A DNA stretch of 64,000 nucleotides from an uncultured Anaerolineae bacterium. Lineage in GTDB: Bacteria; Chloroflexota; Anaerolineae; JAFGEY01. The stretch lies in NCBI GenBank assembly GCA_964560475.1, contig CAZLMZ010000001.1, forward strand, positions 538-64,537, in the 5' to 3' direction. The position numbers were made by a program, and so were the translations under genes. Below the pieces are notes generated by a model. That model saw nothing but the letters and a program-made list of their open reading frames with translations, searched no databases and was not told the DNA's origin. This document shows, one piece after another, positions 1 to 9,200 of this stretch. The stretch's first letter is position 1, and each line of letters opens with the position of its first letter.

Positions 1-153
1 CACGTCTACGAGGCTCGTGTGATCGGGTACGTGCGACCGAACAACCTGGCGGCGGTAGAAAAGGCCGGGACGGCCAAAGCCGCGGTCAAAGGAGCACTGG
101 ATGAGCTGGAGCGACAGATAAGGAAGAAACGGGAGCGACTGCGGGACCACTGA
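1..153 (+). CDS. 3' end of an unidentified protein-coding gene (partial; the frame runs off the window start)
   Basis: An open frame from the window edge to a TGA at 151-153. No recognisable domain in the 50 visible residues. Confidence 0.3.
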   Translation, partial: HVYEARVIGYVRPNNLAAVEKAGTAKAAVKGALDELERQIRKKRERLRDH

Positions 154-269
154 CGCTCAGTCGCGCGGTGAGCCGGAGCAGAGGCACGGCCCTGGCAGCA
201 AGGGCAGTTCGCCTATAGCTAAGGTTGGCCTTGCTGCTGGCACCTAACCGGATACGAGGGAGATGATCG

Positions 270-866
270 ATGATGGAGAATACATTCACCTATACTGCGC
301 GCAGTAGAGAGAATCCCGCGCGTGTGGTGACATTCACCCTCTATGACCATCACATGTCCGTCGATGTCGGCGGGCTGATGGAACACGTCGACCGGGTGCT
401 GCGCGGTGAACCACAAGAGGCCGAGCAGGCTGAGGGGAAAGCGGAACCGCAGGAACGAGAAGAGGCTGGAGAGCGAGAGGACGGCAAAGAGCAAGAGCCG
501 TCACGACGAGACTCAGCCCTTGCAGTGATCAAACCAGCGGCCGTGTCCGTGTTGGAGCGCGGCACGAGCCCATTTCACGTGCGCGACGTGGCAGTGGATG
601 CCGATGGAGACTCGTTCCGGGTCAGGACCTGGATCCGTGCAGGGGGCCTTCGTGCGGCGCCGGTCCAGTTTACGTGGCAGTCGGTCGACAATCCAGAGGG
701 CGCACGTGCGTTTGCAGAGGAGCTGCGGCATCGCCAGCGTGCTGCGGCACATCCGGGCCGATTCCCGGGGCCCATGGACTACTGGCTGAGCTGGTTTCTC
801 GTAGCGGGTCTGGTCTTCGCTCTGTTCTGGCCGCGCGGGAGAGGAGGGCCAGAAGAGAGCGAGTAG
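270..866 (+). CDS. hypothetical protein with an acidic linker and a C-terminal transmembrane helix
   Basis: A 198-aa ORF with a GAGGGAG ribosome-binding site upstream. It has two loosely similar halves separated by a Glu-rich linker, and a hydrophobic C-terminus (WLSWFLVAGLVFALFW). Confidence 0.5.
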   Translation: MMENTFTYTARSRENPARVVTFTLYDHHMSVDVGGLMEHVDRVLRGEPQEAEQAEGKAEPQEREEAGEREDGKEQEPSRRDSALAVIKPAAVSVLERGTSPFHVRDVAVDADGDSFRVRTWIRAGGLRAAPVQFTWQSVDNPEGARAFAEELRHRQRAAAHPGRFPGPMDYWLSWFLVAGLVFALFWPRGRGGPEESE

Positions 867-1094
867 GTCGTTGTCGGGGCGTCCCAGCCTCCGCAACACC
901 GATAAGCTATGAGATACAGAGCGCCGCGCGCCGAGTAGGCGGCGGCGCTTTGATGGAGGGCAACTGGGACAGCGTACTGCAGCGGGCCTACGCGGGAAGG
1001 GTGTGCGCCCCTTGAGGTCGTGGCGTGCCCGAGGAGCAGGGCAAGCCAGTTGCGTAGCTGCTCAACGTTTCTTCGTCCTGAAGGGGCTCGATCC

Positions 1095-1976
1095 ATGGAC
1101 GATCTGCATAATCTGTTTCAGCGTGCGAACAAGGCATCTGGGGGACTATTAGGTATCCTGCAGCAGGCCTTTGAGAGCTTTGGCGGCGCTCGGGCACCTC
1201 AAGCCGCAGCGGCGATTGCCTACTTTGCGATGTTTTCACTGTTTCCGCTGCTATTGGCTCTGGTTGCGGGTGGAAGCTTTTTTCTCCAGAGCCAGCGTGC
1301 ATTCAACCAGGCGGTGAGCCTCGTCTCGAACGTGATCCCCGTTTCACAGACGCTGATCAGGGAAAATGTGAGCCAGGTGCTGGACAAGCGCGGCTCGATC
1401 GGCCTCGTGGCACTGATCAGCCTGGTGTGGTCTGCGTCGGGCGCGTTTACGGCGCTGGCAGGCAACATCAACCTTGCGTGGCCGGGCGCAGAAGAGATGG
1501 GACTCGTGGAGCAGCGACTCCTCGCGTTTGGCATGGTGGCCGGCGTGATCCTGCTGTTCGTCCTGTCAGTGGGAGCGACAGCTCTGCTCAGCTTCCTGCC
1601 ACAGCAAAACGTCCCTCTAGGAGGAGGGATCTCGATCTACAAGACGGCGTTCTGGCACATGCTATCGGCACTCGTGCCTGTGTCACTCAACCTGGTGATG
1701 TTTCTTGCTCTCTACCGGTGGGTGCCGAATATCGCTGTCCCCTGGCGAGCGGCACTGTGGGGAGGGGCATTCGCCGCGGTCGGCTGGGAACTGGCAAAGC
1801 GTGGCTTTGCCTACTACTTGAGCAGCGGCCTCGTGCGCTACGATCTGGTGTACGGTTCACTGGGAGCCGTTGTAGTGCTCATGTTTTGGATCTACCTCAG
1901 TGCGTGGATTGCGCTGTTTGGGGCCCATCTGAGTGCCGCCATCGCTAGGCGTGAGGTGACCCTGAAAGAAGGTTGA
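1095..1976 (+). CDS. YihY/BrkB (ribonuclease BN-like) family inner membrane protein
   Basis: The family signature AAAIAYFAMFSLFPLLLAL is present, and the protein is polytopic and hydrophobic. The start is placed at MDDLHNLF, in frame within the longer ORF 1020..1976. Confidence 0.8.
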   Translation: MDDLHNLFQRANKASGGLLGILQQAFESFGGARAPQAAAAIAYFAMFSLFPLLLALVAGGSFFLQSQRAFNQAVSLVSNVIPVSQTLIRENVSQVLDKRGSIGLVALISLVWSASGAFTALAGNINLAWPGAEEMGLVEQRLLAFGMVAGVILLFVLSVGATALLSFLPQQNVPLGGGISIYKTAFWHMLSALVPVSLNLVMFLALYRWVPNIAVPWRAALWGGAFAAVGWELAKRGFAYYLSSGLVRYDLVYGSLGAVVVLMFWIYLSAWIALFGAHLSAAIARREVTLKEG

Positions 1977-2283
1977 AGGATCTCTTGTCCGATGCCGAGG
2001 ATCAGCCCAAGCGGGAAGGGCCGAACGCGGGAGAGATCGACGAGCTACCGGGGCCGGCACAGGACTTGTGGCGTGACGATCTCTTTAGGGAGAAGCAGAG
2101 CGATTTGACGAACGGTGGTGCGGTGTACACGGCGGAGATCGTTGCCGTGCCTGGCGATGGAGTGGTGCCGGCGGTATTCCGCTACTAGCGCCGCGTGCCA
2201 GGGCAGTGCAGGGCCTGCCGGACGGCAGTACACATCTACGGGGTAGGAGTCGGAGCGGCAAGCCTCGCCGAGAGGAAAGGACA

Positions 2284-3240
2284 ATGTTTAGCGAGATACT
2301 CGTACCATTGGACGGCTCATCCCTGGCAGAGTGCGTGCTGCCTCACGTGGTTGCGGTGGCTACATCGTTCGATGCTGTTGCTGTGCTACTTCGCGTCTTG
2401 GGGCAAGAGCACGCAGAGGGCAGCGGCAGTCCTGCTGACCCGGTTGGGTGGCACCTCGCCGAGGCCGAGGCGCAGTCGTATCTGCAGGAGGTGGCGGATG
2501 GCCTGGCAGGCAGTGAAGTGAGCGCAGAGACGGTCATCCTCCAGGGGGCACCCGCTGAGCGGGTGCTGGAGCTGGCCAGGGAACGGGGATTCGGCCTGAT
2601 CGTGCTCAGCAGCCACGGGCAGAGCGGTCTCAGCGGCTGGAACGTGAGCAGCGTCGTACAAAAGATCATCCTCCGGGCTCGCCAGTCCGTGATGATCGTG
2701 CGTGCCTATCAGCCGGGCATAGAGCGGGGTGGCGTGGCGCGATACCGGCGCATCCTGGTGCCCCTCGACGGATCACAGCGTGCAGAGTGTGCGCTGCCAG
2801 TAGCCGCTCTCCTGGCTGAAGCGAACCGGGGCACGATCCTGCTGACGCACGTGGTCCACGAGCCTGAAATGCCTCGTCAGACCAAGCCGACGGAAGAAGA
2901 CCTCGATCTTGCAGAGCGCCTGGTGGAACGGAACACGGTAGAGGCTAAGGCATACCTTGATCGGCTGCGAAGGCGGCTGTCGGCCGACGCACAAGCCAGG
3001 TTACTCGTCGGCGGCGACGTGGCGACCACGCTTCAGGACGCTGTGGAGAGTGAGGAGGCTGATCTCGTCGTCCTGTCTGCACATGGATACTCTGGGGCGC
3101 CCCGACGCACCTACGGTAGCATCACGGCGGGTTTTATCGCATATGGTACTACGCCGCTACTCATCGTTCAGGACATCGAGGAGGATGAGTCGCGACCATC
3201 ACAGGCGGAACTATCAGTCAGAGAGCATAAAGGACACTAG
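2284..3240 (+). CDS. tandem-domain universal stress protein (UspA family)
   Basis: Two USP repeats (ILVPLDGS...LIVLSSHG and RILVPLDGS...LVVLSAHGYSG). RBS GAGGAAAGGA. The stop lies 4 nt before the start of the downstream glucan synthase. Confidence 0.8.
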   Translation: MFSEILVPLDGSSLAECVLPHVVAVATSFDAVAVLLRVLGQEHAEGSGSPADPVGWHLAEAEAQSYLQEVADGLAGSEVSAETVILQGAPAERVLELARERGFGLIVLSSHGQSGLSGWNVSSVVQKIILRARQSVMIVRAYQPGIERGGVARYRRILVPLDGSQRAECALPVAALLAEANRGTILLTHVVHEPEMPRQTKPTEEDLDLAERLVERNTVEAKAYLDRLRRRLSADAQARLLVGGDVATTLQDAVESEEADLVVLSAHGYSGAPRRTYGSITAGFIAYGTTPLLIVQDIEEDESRPSQAELSVREHKGH

Positions 3241-3243
3241 GGT

Positions 3244-6200
3244 ATGCCCGGTAAGGAGCAAGGCTCGGAAACTGCAACTCGCATCCAGAAACAGGAGCCG
3301 CGGACATCATCCGAGGGGATCGAGGCAGCGCAGGCACTAGCTCGGGAGCAACGGGCCGCGCTGGGTGCGGCGCGGGAGCGGTCCGTCCTGAGCTACCTGG
3401 ATGTACAGGATGAGGTGCTGACGCAAGCGTACCGGTACTTTGTGGAGCGATCAGAGACCGACATCTCGATCTCGTACGCCGGTGAGTGGATGCTGGACAA
3501 CTTTTACGTCGTACAGCAGACGCTGCGGCAGGTCCAGAAGGATATGCCCGACCGGTACTATCGTGAACTCCCGGTACTCGTCGACACGGATGCTGCGGGC
3601 CACCCACGCGCCTATGCACTTGCGCGCGAGATTGGGCGTTCTTCCCCGAATGGCATCGACATGGACAGGCTGCGAGCTTTTGTGCACGCTTACCAGTCGG
3701 TGAGGTCGCTCACGATGGGGGAGCTGTGGGCACTGCCAACGATGCTGCGTATCGTCGAGCTGGAGTACGTGACCTCGGCACTGCTCAAGATCGCTGATCT
3801 TGGGCCTATAGATGACGAGGATGCACTTTACGCTCTCACACCATTGGCTCAGGACGCGTCGAACGAGCAAGTGGTGGCAAACGGGATCCGAAGCCTGCAC
3901 GTGCTGCTCAACCAGGACTGGGAGAGCTGGTTCGAGGAGCTCAGCCAAGTCGAGCAGACCCTTCGTGAAGATCCAGTCGGCATCTACCCTCATATGGACT
4001 TTGAGACACGCGACCTGTATCGCAAGCGTGTAGAGACGCTGGCCAAGGGGACCGGCAGGGAGGAGGTGGAGATTGCAGAGGCGGCGGTCGAGCTAGCGAT
4101 AGAGAATCGCTCGCTAGCGGTCGAGGGGACCGAACCGGTGGCAACCGTAGAGCGTACGGCGCACGTAGGTTATGTGCTGGTAGGTAGTGGGCGCGATGGT
4201 CTGGAGGAGCGGCTGGACTATCGTCCGCCGTGGAAAGTGCGCATGCGGCGCTGGCTCGCCGCGCAGGCTACAGCCTTCTATTTCGGTGCCATCTCGGTCT
4301 CGACGCTGGGCGTGCTTACGCTGCTACTGCTGTACGGCCTCTGGGAAGGCGGCGCTCTATGGGTGTTGGTACTCGTTGGAGTGGTCAGCCTGATCCCGGC
4401 TTCTGCCGTAACCGTCGATGTGATCAACTGGTTGCTCACGCGCTTTGTCCCACCGCGGATGCTGCCCAAGATGGACTTCTCAGAAGGAGTGCCTGAGGAA
4501 TACACGACGATGGTCGTGATCCCCGCGCTGCTGAGCAGTGAGTCGGACATCCAGGCTCTGTTACAGCAGATCGAGCTACACTACCTGAGCAACGACGACC
4601 CAAACCTGCACTTTGCCTTGCTTACTGATTTCGCCGATGCCCCCGCGCAGGACATGCCGGAGGATGAGGCTCTGCTCGACAGGGCCAGCGCTGGCATCCG
4701 GCAGCTCAACCGGGCTCACGCGCGCGAGGGCGCAGACCCGTTCCACCTGTATCACCGCAGGCGGAAATGGAACGCGGCCGAGGAGACGTGGATGGGCTGG
4801 GAGCGCAAGCGTGGCAAGCTGTCCGAGTTCAACCAACTCCTGCTTGGGGAAGACGACACCTCCTATATGCTCAAGCTCGGAGACCAGCAAGCGCTATCGC
4901 GGGTGCGCTATGTGATCACACTCGATGCCGACACCTCACTGCCGCGGGACAGCGCACGGCGTCTCGCCGGCACGATGGCTCACCCGCTGAACAGGGCCAC
5001 CTTTGACTCTGAATCGGGGCGGGTAGTCTCTGGTTACACTGTGCTCCAGCCGCGGACAGAGATCAAGCCGACGAGCGCCAACCAGTCGCTCTTTGCCCGA
5101 GTGTATTCCGGCGACGTGAACCTGGACCTGTATTCGCGCGCGGTGTCTGACGTGTACCAGGACGTCTTTGGGGAAGGCATCTATGTAGGAAAGGGCATCT
5201 ATGACGTCGCGGCGTTCCAGAAGAGCCTGGATGGGCGTGTGCCAGAGAACGCTCTGTTGAGCCACGACCTCTTCGAAGGCGTGCACGGTCGCGCGGCGCT
5301 GGTGACCGATATCATTCTCTACGAGGACTATCCGCCCCACTATCTCGCCTATGCTCACCGCATGCACCGCTGGGTCCGGGGTGATTGGCAGCTCCTGCCA
5401 TGGCTGCTGCCGGGAGTACCGCACGAGACAAAGGGGAGCATTCGTAACGTGTTGTCCGTGCTCGACCGCTGGAAGCTGATCGATAACCTGCGGCGCAGCC
5501 TGACGCTCCCGTCGGTGCTGGCGCTGCTCATATGTGGCTGGCTGATCTTCCCTGGGGCCCCGTGGCTCTGGACAGTGATAGGGGCTGCCGTCGTCGGAGT
5601 GCCCCTGGTCACGTTGGGCATCTCGGCCGTGGTCGAGGGGGTCACAACTGGAGGCGGGATAAGGGAGAACATACGAGGGCTGCGTGATGACGCACTGCGT
5701 TGGCTGCTCGCGCTCGCGTTCATGCCATACCAAGTACTGATCACGATCGATGCCATCGGGAGCACGTTCGTCCGGCTGTTCGTCACGCATCGGCACCTGC
5801 TACAGTGGACCACAGCAGCTCACACGGTCAGCCTGTTCGGGCGAAAGATGCAGGTGGGTGTCATCTGGCTGCGGATGGGGGGAGCACCGCTAACGGCAGT
5901 GGCAGCAGGGATCCTGGTGGGCTTTGTGGCGCCCAGGTCGCTGGGCCCCGCGATCCCCTTACTCGTGGCCTGGGTGCTGTCGCCACAGATCGCACACTGG
6001 ATCAGCAGGCCGATCGAGCAGGTCAAGGAACATCTTCCAGCCGGGGCCTACGTCCGGCTGCGGCACCTCGCTCGCCGGACGTGGCTCTATTTCGAGCGCT
6101 TTGTGGGACCTGAAGACCACTGGCTGCCGCCAGACCACTATCAGGAGGAACCGCTCGGCGTGGTCGCTCATCGCACCTCGCCAACCAACATCGGCCTGTT

Positions 6201-9200
6201 GCTGTTGTCGACAGTAAACGCCTACGATCTGGGCTACATTGGACGAGTGGAGCTGACGATACGACTGCGCGATACATTGGACACGCTTACGGAGCTGGAA
6301 ACATACCGTGGGCATCTCATGAACTGGTACGATACGCGTACTCTCGAACCGCTCAGACCACGATATGTATCGACCGTAGACAGCGGCAATCTAGCTGGAT
6401 GCCTGCTGACCCTAGCACAGGCCTGTGAAAGCGTACCGTCTGCTCCGCTTCTGCGCTGGGAGGCATGGGAGGGCTTTCTCGACGCATGTGCGCTCCTGAT
6501 GGAGGCAGTCGGTCGCGTAGAAAGTGGTGCGTTGCGGGCAGCAACCGCTTCAATGGAAGAGACGCTGAGTGGATTCGAGCGACGGCTACTGGACAAGCGT
6601 GACGATCCTGCAGCGTGGCCCCGTTTGCTGCGCGAGTTTGCGGGGACGGGCTGGGAAACGTTCAATGCGCACATTATGGAGTACATTGAGGCACACGGCA
6701 ATGAGTTGAGCTCATCGACATTGCGCGAGATGCGCGTCTGGACGGAGCGAATGCAGTATCACCTCACCTGGTTGCAGCGGGAGGTCGACCAGTTGCTGCC
6801 GTGGTGGAACGTGCTTCAGGAACCTCCTGCCTTCCTCACTGGCGCGCAGGGCGAGGAGGTCGGCCCAGCATGGCAGGCCTTGCTGGCCATTCTGACCAGG
6901 ATCCCGAGCCTGGACGGCGTGCCGGAGCTCTGTCGTGCGGCACGGCTGCGGCTCGGTGAGCTGCAGACGATACTGAGAGAGATTGCCGAACCGGCCGATA
7001 GTGCGGAAGGGGTCGAGGAGGCGCTCCGCTGGTGCCAGCGCTTGCGGGATCAGCTCGATCGCGCCCAGGTGGATGCTGCTGGCCTGTCGGTCGCATTCGA
7101 GGAGATCGCCAGGCACGCGGACGACCTTTTCCGTGGGATGGAGTTCGGGTTCCTGCTGGATCCGCAGCGAGAGGTGTTCCGGATCGGATATAACGTGATG
7201 TCCGAGACGCTGGACAACAGCTACTACGACCTGCTTGCCTCGGAGGCCCGCATTGCCAGCTTGCTGGCTATCTGCAAGGGAGACGTACCTCAGCGACACT
7301 GGCTGCATATGGCGCGCCCGCTGGCCGAGATCGAAGGGATGAGGGCGCTCTTGTCGTGGAGTGGCACGATGTTCGAGTACCTCATGCCGACGCTCCTTGT
7401 CGAGAGCTATCCGGGAACATTGCTGGAGCAGAGCTGTCGTGTGGCCGTTGATAGGCAGATCGCCTACGCTCGCCGTGAGGGCGTACCGTGGGGAGTTTCA
7501 GAGTCGTCGTACTATCAGTTCGACGCCAACCGTGGCTACCAGTACAAGGCGTTCGGCGTGCCCGGATTGGGGCTCAAGCGGGGCCTGGCGGACGATCTCG
7601 TGGTCGCGTCCTATGCCTCCATACTGGCTCTTCCCATCCGGCCCAGGGCTGTGATGGAGAACCTAGATCGTCTCGAGGAGCTGCAGGCCAAGGGCCAGTA
7701 CGGCCTGTACGAGTCGATCGACTATACGGCGTCACGCTTGCCACTAGGGCAGCGCCACGCACTCGTGCGCACCTACATGGCGCACCACCAGGCGATGATT
7801 ATGCTCTCGCTGGGAAATGCGCTGTTGGCGGATGTCATGCAGCGGCGATTCCACTCGGACCAACGTGTGAGAAGCGTCGAGCTGCTGTTGCACGAGCGAG
7901 TACCGCAGGGCGCACCGTTGGAGGAACTGGGGGAGGACGAGGTCAGCGCCGTGCGGAGAGCAGAGCCAGAGGTGACGATCACGCCGTGGGAAGCATCTGC
8001 GGATGCGCCTTTGCCGATGCTACGTGTGTTGTCGAACGGCAGCTACACGGTAGTTGCTACTGCTGCAGGTGGTGGCTGGAGCGAGTATACGCCCTCGAAC
8101 GATGAGGGTGCCGGATCACAGGAAAAGGTCGCCCTGACCCGATGGCGGGCAGACACGACGTGCGATAGTTGGGGTACCTGGGTCTACCTACGAGACCTCG
8201 AGACTGGCCGGCTGTGGTCTCCTACCAGGCAGCCGATGCGATCTGGGGAGGGCGAGGGGGACGTGTCCTTTGCGCCGCACCAGGTCACATATGGGCGCCG
8301 CCTGGACGACTGGACCGTGCGAGCCGAGGTCACCGTGCCTCCAGACGACAACGTAGAGGTCCGCCGGCTGACGATCGTGAACCACGCTGACCAGGTACGG
8401 AGGCTGCGCGTGACCAGCTACGGCGAGGTCGTGCTGAACAGCCAAGAGACGGATCGACAGCATCCTGCATTCAACAAGCTCTTTATCGAGAGCGAGTTCG
8501 TTGAGGAGGAGCAGATACTGCTGTACCGGCGTCGGCCTCGAGCAGAGGGGGAGACACCTCTGTACCTCGGTCACGCTGTTGCCGTGCGCGGCGCAGAGGT
8601 GAGTGCTGTCGAGTATGAGGGGGACCGCGCCGAGTTCCTGGGACGCGGGCAGACGATTGCTGCGCCACAGTTGCTGTCCTCCAAGCGTGTGCTGACGGGA
8701 CACACGGGTGCCACGCTGGACCCGATCCTGTCTCTGGATCAGGAGATCGCTTTGGACCCGCGCAGTACAGCTCACGTCGCAGTAACGATCGCTGCAGGGA
8801 CATCGAGGGATGCCGTCATGCAAGTGATGACCCGGTACCGGCAGTGGGATGCGATCGACCGGGCCTTTACTGAGGCCAAGGGCCAGAGCGCCTATGCGCT
8901 CAGCGAGCTAGAGCTGACCGGTGAGGATCTGCAGCGGATCGATCGCCTTCTGGCAGCACTAGTTTACCCGTACCGCGGCCTGAGACCGGAAGCCGGCGTG
9001 ATCGCGCAGAACCAGAGAGGGCAGGCCACGCTGTGGGCACAGGGCATCTCGGGAGACTATCCGATCCTCCTGGTGTGCGTGCACGAGGAAGATGAGATGG
9101 AGCTGGTAAGTGACGTGCTCAAGGCCCACACGTATTGGCGCGAGCGCCGGATACAGGTCGATCTGGTTCTGCTGAATGAGAGAGAGACGGGATATGGGCA

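Noticed and set aside
1973-2188. 71-aa acidic ORF (TTG start) overlapping the yihY stop
   Set aside because: It has no RBS, a TTG start, and overlaps the end of a real gene. The low-complexity sequence makes it likely non-coding.
4936-8823. Long antisense or out-of-frame ORFs inside ndvB (for example 4936..5796 and 8188..8823 on the minus strand, and 7488..8105 on the plus strand)
   Set aside because: They are embedded in a continuous 2879-aa ORF with strong domain signatures. High GC suppresses stop codons in the alternative frames. Their compositions (Arg/Pro/Ala-rich) are typical frame artefacts.
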